From positions 62,001 through 126,000 of the forward strand of contig JYFJ02000197.1 in NCBI GenBank assembly GCA_000934665.2: DNA of 64,000 bases, given 5' to 3'. Shown piece by piece: positions 14,048-27,800 of this stretch. Positions within the stretch are counted from its first letter, which is position 1. Every line of letters begins with the position of its first letter. The stretch comes from Catajapyx aquilonaris (Eukaryota). The notes under the pieces were generated by a model, which was not told the origin of the DNA, did no database searches, and worked only from the letters and a program-made list of their open reading frames with translations. The position numbers and the translations under genes are program-made.

Positions 14048-17000
14048 TACATTACAGTACTTCGAAAAATATTGCAAAGAAAGTTTTGTCCGATGGTATC
14101 CTGTCGCTGTGCAACCTTCATAACACCACCAAGGTGAAAGTTAGGATAGGGGATGGGGTGCTTTCTTTTTAAATGTCTGATTGACCTCTAGCACCATATA
14201 CTATTATTGGCCAAAACTTGCTTATACTTTACAAGTGCATGTACAGCAGTACATTTTACAAAATAATGGTTTTCGCAGCCGGCATGGTATAAATTCTAAA
14301 AAAATGAATAGGTCTACTTACCAGAAGGTGTTAATAGGATGCCGCTTATTTCACTCTTAAATCGGCAATCGAATTAAAGGATGCAAATGCTATTATTCCT
14401 CCTCCCCACATCTGGATCCTGGTACAGCCCTGACCTGCTTTCACTGTTCTTGCCAGCACATAGTGAGAAAGTGCTCTCTTTTTAATGAAGTTAAGGCCAA
14501 GTCATTATTAGGAGCATCCGCAAAAAGCGGATCTAGTAGGTATAGGCTAGTGTACTTATTTTGTCAATTCAAATATATTTTCGTTTTTACTGTCATAACT
14601 GCAGCAACAACTATATCTGAATCGACAGTACAATCAGGGCTGCATTGTGTCTTGAGAGGAAGCCAGGCCGTGACTTTGCGAGTTTGTCCCATGAATCGTT
14701 CTTCGACCTCATTTTTTTCCCTTCCCGATATTTCAAGAGCAAGTTGCCTGAAGGATGGGAAGAATGACGGGGGATGCCGATGACACACCCTTCTTTCTCC
14801 TTTGTCTTCCTGACCTGAGGAGCTTCCTGGAATAATGCAATGTGCTCATGACTTCGATATGAGACTCACCGTTGAAATGCTTTTCTGGATATGGAGCAGG
14901 ATACAGTCATGTATGTAGAAATGTTGGAATGGGATGACCAACAAATTGTCAGAAGGTCAGCACGTTGTATTCGATAAGACTGGTCCATTACAGTCTGAGA
15001 GCAATTCTTAGCGTCGCGTCGGTCAGATAGTTTTGGGGTTTTTTGGTGAGATTGATGATGACAGATCAGATAAGCTCTCCCCCTGGTTGCTGATTGACGC
15101 CCAAATGCGACGGTTGATGCACACAAGTGGGAAAACCGCCATGCTGTGGCTCCTAACTCCGGCAATTAGCACCGGGTAATTGGGCTACGAGAACTGGTTA
15201 GTAGGTGATGACTCGACATTTTCTACCAGGGTGGTATTTGGAATGATTTTTTTCTCATACACAATCCTGTAGGCCGTAGGGTGTTAGGTAACGTCGCCAT
15301 TCTGTTAGAAACGCGAAATGTGCAACCAGGATAGTGGATGGTCATATCTGATCCCGTAAGTTCTAATAGATCTCCGAAAATGTTCATAATTTGAAACTCA
15401 CTTATCCAGCGGTGTACGTGGTTTAAGAGCCGGCATTAATTGTTTTAAACCAGTTCAGCACGTCGACATTAGGCCCCGCTAGGTCTTTTAACCAAAACAC
15501 CTCACGTAGGGACGTTTACGTTGACGTCCCTTATCGTCCCGCAACCTGATCAAGGAACCCCGCGCCTTAATCATCGCCTTCACCTTTGAAATTTGCCACC
15601 TGGAACCCCAATTTTCCCACACGTCACTTCCAGCCCCGGTTATGGATCCGAGTCCAAAGCGACAAATTGGTGTTTGGCCCGCGCAATTTCTTTCCTTCCT
15701 CCACCTACCCCATCTGGTGGATTACAGCCCTGGCCGTTGATCGGCGTCCTGGGCCTGCACGGATATTGGACGGTCATTTGAAAGAGATCGGGGTCCATCC
15801 AATGGGTGAGTCAGCTGTATACCAGTCAGCCTCGAGCGTGCCTTCCTTCCTTCCTTCCATGGGAGGTTTCAGGTCTTGAGCATCGCACCCATGCTTCTCA
15901 ACAGCCCTTGCGTGGAGTAATTGCGGTATGCGGTCCAAAATTATAGTTTTCTCTCCATTCCACTAATCCTATGGTTTTATGGTAAATTGGGGGCTGTTAT
16001 CGTTTTCTGCCTTCTCATCACAGGTGAATATTGTTCAGAGGCCACCAGATTTCTCACGATATTGCTCCGGTGCTGGGGATGAAAGCTGCACGGGCAGGAG
16101 AATTTCGCCCAGGAATTTTTGTTGTGATGGTTACGGACCAGTCTAGGAAAATTTGTGTGTAAAGCTGAAGCTGAATATCACGCAATAATGCACGAAGGGA
16201 AGAGAGGTGAGCCCCCCTTTGCTGTGTTGGATGTAAAACTGGAAATTTCCCATATTACCATAATGTTTCGTCAGTTGGCGGGGAACATTGCTGTGGCATA
16301 CTTATATGAGCTTGAATTATAGTGCAATATTACCTGGGACGCACGTGCTTTAGGAAGGAATTTATGTGCCTGATCGAGTTGACACCATGCTGGGCGGCAA
16401 CATTGTCCGTCCGCACGGGCTCGATGTCTTGGTCGTATATCAGACCAAAAACTTGCGGTCGATAGTCCATTTGTGGGAAACCTGATAGAGAAGAAGGAAA
16501 AAGAGACGCCTGATAGAAAAACAGGATTGACCATACCCGCTCGTTCTTCTTCATCTGGGAAAGAAAGCGTGTCCGCGAGGTCTTGGTGGAGGGCAGAAGC
16601 CTTTTTTCCAAGTGCGGTCACGCTAGTTGCGTGGCTGTGGCTGGGAGATGGGGGAACTCTTGACCCGACTTGCCCCACCCTTGCTTTATGGAAACCATTT
16701 GATCCGCGTCTTGCATGGTCTGATATACCAAGGAGATGTGTTACACTTCCTGCTACGATGGACAGGTCACTGGAAATTTATTAAATTAAAATTTTTGAAA
16801 ATTCAGTTACACCAAGAGGAATTTGGTCAGCTTTTCACAAAATTACAATTGGTATATTCAGTTTTCATCTGAAAACCTGCGTCTGACCGATTACCTACTT
16901 TAATATCCTTCTATGCTGAATGTCATTATTTATTGCAAATACAAAATCTAATTATACGGTATCTACCCAAAGAGAAAAAGAACGCAATCCATGGTGGCAG

Positions 17001-20000
17001 CAACATAGGTCATATTCATCTCTCACACCTGCTTCTGCAACCTGCAAAAAAGTCTCACTTCCAACACTAATCAATTATAACGCTCCGAAATGTACTCTTC
17101 CTCCCACCCTGAATCTGACCTGTAATTATGGCGTTTTTTTTTCTTTCTTCTTCAGATCAGTATATCGCCCGGAGGATCGGAAAAGAGAATGGGCAAAAAG
17201 CGAAGTGGTCAAGTTTGATGTGTGCGGTGAAACTGACGAGATTGAGCGTGAAGGAACGGATGGGCGGAGGAGGGTTTAGACGGGAAAAGAAATGGAAGAT
17301 ATCTCAATAAGATGAAGTTGGAGAAGTTTATTTTCTGGAACTATGTTATTACCACACATTCATTACCAGGTGGGCAGTGTACTCAACGTTTATTCCGACG
17401 TTAATCAAACTACACCTTCTAGTCCACCTTTTGCAAGTCAGCTGTCATTTTGTGCATGTTCGCCTTGATATCTGTCCCCAGTGACGTCACTCCTGATATT
17501 CCTGCTTGATAATCGCAGTGATGACACCACGGGAGGAAAAGGTGAAGGATGGCGGGGCGGAGAAAAGGCTTCTTATTATAGCTTCTTTCACCTAGCGCAC
17601 AGGGGACCAGTTTTCTCTCTAGTATATAGAAGTAGAGAAAAAAAAATCTGTAGAGAAGTATGGGGAGGTGGAGTCACTTTTTGGTTGGGTCACGAGACAA
17701 AAAGGCACGCATTCGATAAAACTTATTCTAATAGAAGCAGGCATTTTCTGAGCAGACACACGCCATCTACTGGGTGGCCATCTTTGATCTTCCTTGATCG
17801 GCTCCCGTACACTGGCCGTGATTGGGATTCACGGCAAAGAGTCAATCGTGATGCTACCTGCGGTGTGACATCACCCATCTGCCAGAGTGCCCCTCCCCTT
17901 CCGCATTCCCAGTGTGGGGGAGGTGGGGTGGCGATGGGAGGCAAGTACATAAGCTGCTTTACGCAATGTACTGGCCAGCACGGCATCCATTCTTATGTCT
18001 GGACCATGCTGCCCACCCACTCCTGATCACACAAATCATTGACGGCAGCATGACTTATCTCTTCGAGCTGCACTCGGCCCCCTCCAAGCAGCTATAGAGG
18101 GTTTACCACCCAAACCTTGCCATCCACCCTTTTTGCATTAAGGGGTTGGATACATATCCGAGGTACCGCCTACTTGCCAGCATGCATGCGATATCACGAT
18201 CGTATAGGGGGGTCAAAACCAGCCATCAGTTGGGGTAGTGCAAGATACATTGTTTCATCGATATTATAGATGCACACCTTCTGACACTATGGAGGCTGAC
18301 TCTGGAAATTATACTGTACGTGCAGTATGTCCAAATGTCACTGTCGGTGTGCTGTGCAATGCTAGGTCGTGAATAGTTGGCTGACACTGACCGGAGGCTA
18401 CGTCTCCTGGAGCCTGACCGTTCTTCGCATCAAGGGAAACGAGCTACATAAATCCTTCCGCAGCAGAGAAAACTCTTCCCTGTTTGTGTGCAAGGATGGC
18501 CTCTCGATCCTTCACCAGAATCGTGCCGAACCCGGCCACTAACAAGCTGTGTTTTTTTTTCTCCCTAATTTTTTCAAGAAAAGGCCACGTCTCGTTAAAC
18601 CCTAAGAAAACAATAATTACGCTAGAAATAGGTCATAATCCTATTCATAAGATGTCGCGTCCTAAATAATTTTTTGGGAACCTCGCACCACATATGGCCC
18701 CCCTGATACGCGTCAGCAGGTACACCCTACCCAAAATGTAGCACACATTTAGCAATTACCGCGTCAAGAAATAGACGAGAGGGCCTATTCAAATCTCTGG
18801 GAAACACGAATTATTGGGTAGGATACCCGGAGTCCAAGGGTGCCTTTTTGATTAGATGATGGAGGAGGAGGATTTTTGCCCGCCGTTTCTTCTTTCCGGA
18901 ATATCAGGGCAAGGAGGCAGGATGAGAAAATTGGACCTGCGTGCAGGAGGAAGAGGCAGACACTTATGGGCACCCCAAAAAGATGCTCTGGCTGGCTGGC
19001 ATAATGCGGGAGAAGAAGAGAAGGAGAGGCAGCTGAGCGAACCTTGACGTGCCAATAATTATTAGTAATTTCCAGTAATTATAAAGGGAATAAAGTTACC
19101 AGGAACAAGCTTTTGTGACGACTCCTCGCCTTCAAACTCGGGCCGTTCAACACCCTGCTTTACTTCATCGTACCCATCATGCAAGGGGTGTAGGCGCCAC
19201 CGATCACCGTCACTCTTGTTTTAAGTGGAGCATCACGTATGCTTTCTCACCAGCTCAATAGTGTATGGGAGTAGTTGACAAGAAATATTTTTGTCGTAAC
19301 TCTGAGGAGCCAAAAGGTGCCCACCAGCCTCTTTTGTGTCGGCCCTAAAAACAGATGGGTTCAGGGTATTTCACAATGGAGAAAACAGTCGTGTCCCTCG
19401 ACCCATACCCCAGGGGTCGACAGTAAATCGGAAAACTGGAGCGAAAAACCCATAAAGTTCTGGGCTGTCTAGTTTGGTGCCCTTCACAAGAAGCGGAAGA
19501 ATTTCTGCCCATTTCTTGCCATTGCATTGTGTGAATTCCTCTACATTACTTGGCTGTTGGATAAGATGTTTGTAATCACGGCTGATTACCCTTTTCTTGC
19601 ATATCCTATGAGAAGAAATCAGCTCTCACGTTCTTGGATGATTAGCCAACTTTATATTCGAGGAATCGTCACGTTGACTCACATTCAGGAGAATACAGTC
19701 TTAATTTACATGCATGCCATAATTATGTGTATTTGAGACGACCACAGCAATCTCATCCCATCCCCTCGCCCTCACCCTCCCAAAAGGGGCTTTTTGGGGT
19801 CAGAGTAGCCTGAAAAAGTAGGGTGGGAAAGGGTGAGCCCAAACCGTACAAGACTGACCCTTTCGTGAAAGTGAATCTATTTCAGAAGCGAACCGAAAGT
19901 AAAAGTGAAGTGATCCGGGAAGTCCAATATCTAGGTCAAGTTTAAGGAATTTTTATATCCGATATTTACCTTTTAAAAATCTGACCGTGGCTTATAACAT

Positions 20001-23000
20001 GATTCGCACCTGAGTCCGATAACCCTTGGCTTTTCAGCTATAATTTACCTGGTCACGCGGAGCAGTTTACGGCAGCAGCGTGTGAAGAAAGAACGGTTTT
20101 ACAGCAGAGCGGGACTGAGCTTTCATTACCCTCTGTCCTGCCGCCATAATTTGTTGACTTGCACCTCTCATCATCTGCACCAGGAATCGTCGTCCGTCAT
20201 TTCGTGCAACTGCAATCCAGAAAGGGGTTTTAACCAAGTGATGATTTGACCAGGCGTCGGTCGGTTGGTTGCCGGTACAACGTACGTCGCCTCTTGTGTT
20301 CTCACGCCGACTCATCTTCGGAGTGGATCAGGACTCGTGGCCATCCTCCAATATAAACACGGTTGGCTTTAAAGAGTGGGATAGGTTACTTGCTTTGGGG
20401 CCGGATCTTGGAATGATGTTGCTTCGAGGATGGTTGCTGGAGGCGGCATCCGGTCTGTGTGATGTGGACGGATGGTGCTGGAGGTCTGAGAAATGTTGCG
20501 GTTAATTGGAACAATATTGCGAACCAGCTTGCAAAGAATGGCGGTAAAAGCCTCGGGACCAGAGTAATAAAGCTGGTTAATTGCGGATCTGCAACGGAGC
20601 GTTGAAATTCGTGGATTTTGTGCAAGGGGAGCGAATTTGTTGGGGGGATAATTTTTTGGAGATACCATTTTTTGCAAAATTTTGAGAAGTGGGAGGAGTT
20701 AGAAACAGCCAATCGTGGCATGTAACGTCACATCGCTCCAACAAATCACGGGGGTTGGGACATCACCCAGAAATATCCATATAGCATATACATTATTGTA
20801 AAATAGAATATTGATAAAAAAAATAGAATGCAGACTACCGTGCTAGAGAATAGAGTTAAATGGAGCCGCCGCTGATGTGGCTGTTGTTGGGCCATGAAGA
20901 GTTGGAGCATCAGACGTGAGTTCCAATGAATCACTGTGACGTCGGTTCTCGAGTGCGGAACCTAAGGGCATCCATCCACGCAGAAAAACTAGTCACACAT
21001 GCTGTTGATGGTACGTGTGTGCGTTGGACCCATTACATACCTACACATTTGTCACGGAGGCATCTCATCAGGGCGGGGTCTGCTTCCACCTCCAGAAAGA
21101 ATCCCACTTCTTGAGGCATTGGAACAATGAAGAGACCGTAATCCGTCTGAAAGTACTTTTCTCCACCCACCCTTTCTAATTACGAGAGAAGGGCAGAGGG
21201 CGGGTCAAGAAATCAGATCGTGGCCTTCTTCGGTACCAAAGGTGGAGTAGGCTTCTTCGACACCCACCAATGCTGCACTTCTTCCGGGACACTTCATTTT
21301 TTTTAGAGGACTCTTCGCACAAGGATTCAGGCATGACAGGGATGCTGGAATTGGCATGTACATTCACGTATAATGATGTGTTATCAAAGTATCATCGAGG
21401 GGTTTATGGTAAGGTTAAAGCTATCAAAGAAAGAGGTCATTATCGGACGTTCATATTAGTGGTTGGTATTGATATTTCCTGGAGTTCCTTGAATTACAAT
21501 TAAAAATTATTATTCCACATATTGCAATATAACATTTTAAACCAATTGAATGTCACACTCCAGTTAGATCCAGTGGCAGTATGTACATATTATGCATATT
21601 CAATGATGTTACCCAAATAATATTAACAAGTTCAATTGCCTTTTTTTATTTATTTTGCGTGTACTTTAGAGTCAGGCTGTACCTATAAACTTAGCTAACA
21701 CGTGCTGACGCTTCTTCCTTGAACTTCCTATACCTGTGAGAAACAATAACCTTTTTTCGAGATCAAGTCTCAGAAGAGTTTGAAGCGGTACGTAGTGATT
21801 AGCTCTTCTCTGTTGGCAAGAAAATGGAGGTGGAGGGTAGGGGGCGACCAAAATCCCACGGTTTGAAACCCACCCTACTTGAAGCCGCGATTTAGACGCG
21901 GCGGCAGGGTAAAGAAGCTGAGGGTTCGAAGCCAAAGGGGGGTTGCATGGTGCAAGGTGGTCCTCACACTCACTCAGCCTTCAACCTAGGAGGAGATTTC
22001 TTACACACACCGTACTTCTTCTTTTTTTGCGAAGGGAAAAAACAGTTGGCAACCCGATCCCCTTAGGGGAACGTATCACTCGACCGGTTGGTTGGTGATT
22101 TTAAATAATCGAACACCACCACCCCTCCTTCCTATTCGCCTCCTTTTTGCGTGCTAATTGTTTCTAATTTCCTTTCGTGGATACTTTTCTGCAATTATCG
22201 TGTGCCAAACTAATTGGTACGCGTCACATCAGCGTCGGTTTTACACCGCTGAAAATGCACACTTAGTGCATGGTTCATGAAACGATTATTTCGAGTGTAG
22301 TGAAGCTTGCAGATTGACTTAGTTTTGGCAGAGGTAACATTAGAGTGAAAAGGTAGTGTGATTTACTCGATATTGCTTACTACTGGATGTAATCTGATTT
22401 TTTTTAATAAATTTACATGGTGCTTTTAGCTACCGTACCGCTTATCAAAAAAGGTTGCAGGTTGATGTAGATAGCATTTTAATAACTGTACCATCGCAAC
22501 AAAAAAGCGCCTAAAACACACCTGAGGAAGCAAAAAAATACGGCATACCAGGATAAAAACTCATGGGAACCAGATCAATTCCTGGTTTTCACTCACAAAC
22601 AGGTGTTTCCCACGCATAAAAACCAGCATAATCTTCCAGGAACAAATCCTCTTAGATCCTCGTCGTAAATTCGATCGGGAGACATATCAAGCTTATATTC
22701 AAGGTGATAACCCGTGGCAGTATGGGAACCAGCGCATATACAAGAAGGGTGGATATGACTTTTGTAGTAGGCGGTCAGCCACAGTGGGTGGGCTCATAAA
22801 TACGTACTAGCAGTACTCCCTAGCACGATTTCCCCTTCTAACATTTGGAGCTTGACCGGTTCAGATAACAAGTAAAGACACGCCAGTACAAACATTCAAT
22901 TAGCTTATTACAGTGCGTGTATAGGCAGAACTGCTATTAGGATATTTTTAATCACTACTGGGATTTGAGTATGAAAATTAGGATAAAAATAATGTTACTG

Positions 23001-24810
23001 TGAATTCGAATAATTTTAGCACGGGTTTGCTCTTGACAGTTTTTTTAAATGAAATAATTAATAATTAATAAATATTAAATTGTAATAAATAAAACGCTGA
23101 TTCAGTACACCAAGCAGACAGCTGAATGACGTTATACAATGAACATTCAATTTTGAACAATCTGCAAAGTTGCAAATATTTCCACTTACACAGAAGTCAT
23201 CAGATGAATGATCCCATAATTAAGTTTTCAATGCTGTCAAATTTTTTTGTATGTGTTGGTCGAATCTCGATCCCTCGTCTGAATTCTCCCCTAATTGGGT
23301 TCAATAATTCAAATCACCTTGAGGGTGCGAGTCATGAGCGGCCTTGATATTTACCCCAATGAAACATCATTTTTGAGCCCCTCTTTTTACAAGGTTCCCA
23401 TCGCCTTATGGCAGTTCAGAAGGCTCAAGGAATGAGAACCATTCTTGTTTCGCAACGCTTTTAAAAAAAAGCGGAGGAAAATTTTTTGGAGCGCACTTGA
23501 GAAGTGCTCCACCCCACGCTCTCCTATAATGGCAGCAATCCTAGATAGAACGTGATCGGGCCGCCTTTTTGCACCTAATAGCCCACTTCACGGTCTATTT
23601 TAGCCACTGAGTCATGACCAATAAATCATTCGGTGGTACCCCCCCTCACAACATCTCATTGATGGCGCCCCGAACCAAACTACTCCAATTTATCATCGCG
23701 TTAAGGTGGAAAAGCAGAGAGACCGTGGCATATGAATGCCGAAGTGACCTTGCTGACTGACCCTTTACGTCTTTGAAATGATGGAGAGAGAGCGCTGCAG
23801 GAAGATGTAACACTTTTCGTCTTTTAATTGTGCATGTCAATTGGGTCCGGATGCATAATTTATGGTTTTACCTGCGACGCCACCTGAAAGACTAATTTAA
23901 AGAAGCTGTGCAATGGAAGTGATTAAACACCTGTCGCTTTAGGATTCAAACGTACTCTATTGGTTATGTACACGACATACTGCACAAGGGCAGCTGTATA
24001 AAATAAATAATTTTCAGCCATTTTTCAAACATTAACTAGCAGGAGAAAAGCTTGAAATTCTTCACTTTTAGATAAGGTCTAACTGCCAAAACACTAACTC
24101 ACCGTGTAAAAACAAAGCCACGTAATCTGAAGCAGGTGAGAAACTACTGTAAAAAAAATCGGGACAGAATTTCCCATCTTCAGAAGACACGCGATGTTCT
24201 AGTCAAGTCCAACCATTTTGAAACAAAAATTGAGCATTTCACACGTGAAGTGTCAGTCGGCGTCTTAAGTGGGCCGTGCCAACATCCTTTGGCAAAAAAA
24301 TATACAGATATCAACCAGACATCCTACCCAGCCCCTACAGACCTTTTAAAGAGGGGGGCCCCCATAATCCTCCAGCAACTCTCTATTGAATACAAGCGCA
24401 TTACAGACACATGCATTCATACCATTTGACACCTGGACGTCCGATCTCCTTTGCTGCCAAAGGTGCTCCACGCCGCCTATTTATACCAGAGGCCACCGTA
24501 GGTGGACACGTGAAATTACATTCACTGCATGGATAAGTGTCATCTTCAGAGGGCAACATTTTCCTAGGGGAAATCCAGAACAGGCTGCTGTTCGTGTCTC
24601 TCATATCAAGTCATATGTTTTATTGTGCAAAAATTTTTATTAGGATGTAACTGGCTAGAAAACATTTTAACTAAAAAATTAAAGGAAAGTGAGCAGGATT
24701 TTTGTGGAACGATTTCAGATCGATTTCACTAGAAGCAAAATATACTGGAGAAATTTGTGCCCGCTTGGGGTCTCTAGGCGCTTGCATGTGACCCCGAGTG
24801 GATATGAGGA

Positions 24811-24828
24811 GGGGGATGGGAGGGAGGG
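24811..24828 (+). other. Canonical G-quadruplex-forming motif
   Basis: GGGGG-AT-GGG-A-GGG-A-GGG: four G-runs with 1-2 nt loops. Confidence 0.45.
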
Positions 24829-27800
24829 TCAAGGGGAGAAGTGACCTCGCGTGACACAGATGGAGGCTTCATCCAGTGCAAGCTGTTTGGGCCAGCGATG
24901 GCTTCTGGGTGGGATCCTTATTAGTGGGCATCACGATTCTCGGCGAAACATTGAGGAATTGCGAGGGCCGTCGGGTCAGCTTGAAGGGAAACTTCCTGTA
25001 CAACACCGCTGCCTATTGTCGCAGCCCGTACACTGCGGGATGCGCTTTTACTATAATTATTAAAATTCTGACTCGATTACGTGCGCTCTTGAGAGAAAGT
25101 GGGGTTCTTTTCATGAGTCTCGGTAGTAACGCACTTGCGAAGCACGCACAAAATTCAGTTGCGAATAACAGTGTCTTCCAATGTTAATTTGGTTGATGAA
25201 CAAAAGCAAATGTGATAGTTCTACATTATTGCATAACAATACCCTTCCGAATGACACAATTTATGTGTCGCAATCCAATAAAAGTCTGACTGAAACTGAA
25301 ATACAGGGCCAAAGATTCATCTGCGACTATACGAATCGTGTCCTGATTTTTGATACACTTTACGACATACTTCACTGACGTTTGCAGTCGTGATGGTAAC
25401 AAAAAAAGTCCCCTCGAGGTCGTAATCAAATAGCGAAGACGATTCGCATTTCGGCCTTGCAGTCACCTGTGAAAAACAAACTTGTGGAAAGTGAGGTGGG
25501 TTGCTGAGAAGTGGTGGGGGGTAAGGGGGAGGTTATTTTATCGGGTCGCCAGGGAAAAGTTATCTCTCCTGTCTTGGCACTGATGTATTATCAGGAGACT
25601 TTGTCCGCTTGTCTCCACAAAGGCAGTAACAAACGAGGACGTATCCGAATATTTTGTGTGGAGCAACACCGGGCCAGCAGATGTTGTCGCGATTGCCTCT
25701 CATCAAACAGTAAAAAAATTTAACTAACAAAATATGCTTAAATCCGGTCCTTTGAGTATGCCTAATGATGATGGGGACTCGAGCTTTAGTGGAAATATTC
25801 GTGAGAATTGTAGATATTCTTTTGTGACAACTTTCATGCTTTTCGCACCTTCTACTCGAGGCTAATGGCACAGTTTTACAGTTTGGGTGATATAAACTCA
25901 AACAGCTTTTGAGAAATGTTCCGGGAATCACGCTGCCCCGAGTAACGCACGAACTTACCTCAGACCAGATTTCCCAAGATGTTGGAATTGAGTAAAGGCT
26001 GGAAAGGGCCCAAATAAATACCACCTCCAAGAGGCGACACATGACCCGAGACCATCGAGGTGTAAACTTTCTCTCCCCCCCTAACGCTCTTCAGAAGTGG
26101 AAACACAACAGAAAACACATCATTTCTCAGGATTCATGTCAACTTCGAGTTGAGAACAATCATTTTCGGACTTTGCCTTATACCCTTTTCATCAGCGATA
26201 CGTAACGTCGTGGTCCCCCGTTACAACATCGTTTGTGGCCCGACTCTTTTCAACAGCCACATCCAATCCATTTTGCCACGTTGCATTTTTTGAGGCGAAT
26301 CATTCGACCGCAATGAAAAGATCACGCAGGGCAATTTAGGAGTCCGAAAGTGTCTCCCGTGTCCACGAGACGTGTTTCAGTTAGACTAAATTCAAGCTTA
26401 TCCGATGCGGTAATGTTGGTGGAGAAGAAACCAGATAAAAAAATTCTGGCTGGTTTTAGTTACGTTTTTTTTGTTCTGTAGAACTGGAGGTAATTGGCTC
26501 CTTTCGGTAAACCCAAATCGCTTAAATCTACCGAGGTGCACATTAGTATTATACGGTCGTTGCGCAATCTCCACACGGGTATTTTATGGCAAGGATGCCC
26601 CCTCTGGCATGTAAAAAAAACCGTAACAAAACATTTGCCAGGTATCAGAAGGAATGAAGCACAATTTGCTGGAGGTTGTGTGAAAACAAGAAATAATAAT
26701 TTGAAAGTGCTCTTTTGTGAAGAAATCAACTACCTGTACAGCCCCAGTAATTAATATCATTCACTCTTCCTCAACAACAGTTGCAGCCTGAGTCACGAGA
26801 CTGGTATTGTACTACCTTCCGATCTCCACAGTCGTTCACCTGAGTGGTTACAGTTGTGTTGTAAACCCATGACCTGCCCCACTGTAGCTTGTTTTCTGCG
26901 ATTTTTTAATTCTACTAGGCCAAAGGTGAGGTTGGTAAGGTCGCACGTTTGATGAAGGAAGAAGACAATCATGCAGCAGTAGCTTCTCCAATTGCTCTTC
27001 TTTTTTTCCCGCTCTTTGCAGTGGGTCACGGTATCCTAATTACGACCAGGAGACGAATGGGGCATAACTCACCAAACTAGAGTACGGAGGCGGACTTTCT
27101 CTCACCACTAATTACAATGTGTCAGCAGTCAAAGTATTCTGAATCCACACGATGGATTTAACTACACTTCTAACCGCTCACGGGGACTTCAACGAGAGAG
27201 TGAAAGATGTACACTTTGACTTAAACGCGCCAATCAAGTTGGCAGGCGTGAGGGAAAATAGATCAGCATGACTTAACTGCCAGGCTGTTCCGGCACGTAA
27301 GAAGCTACACACGTATGCAAATATGTGAGGCGGAAAAATTTGATATAAATTTTCCAGATCATATGCTGTGTTCATCTCCCATATGAGCTTACAAAACAAG
27401 GTCACTTACTCAGTGGGAAGTTTCGCTGTGATTAAGCCACGACGATATTGCATGCCTGTGTTAACATGTTGGCTGTACCCTAAGGTGCTGACGTAGCGAG
27501 TAATGAGTACAGCGGGCTTCTGTCGTGAAATATACCAAGTCACTCGAGTAGACCAAATTTGTTATCGAGTTTTTCCCAGTGGCGTGAGAGAGGACAAAAA
27601 CAGGAAGTTCCGCGTACAAGTACAGCCTTTGCACGTCCTCCTCTCGATTACCTTTTCAAAAAGATCACGGTCACAAGTGATGAAGTGCGCTGCCTAGGGG
27701 CTCTCACTGGAATTTTATCGTACAAAACAACCCTGGGCAACATTCTGACGGCTGCTCCACATTTCTCCTAGTCATCCATTAGTCGTCCTGTCGCGATGAA

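Noticed and set aside
21860..21935. B-box-like GGTTCGAAGCC (also GTTCAAATC on the minus strand near 56175-56183), suggesting a tRNA or SINE
   Set aside because: No cloverleaf, no paired T-stem and no properly spaced A-box.
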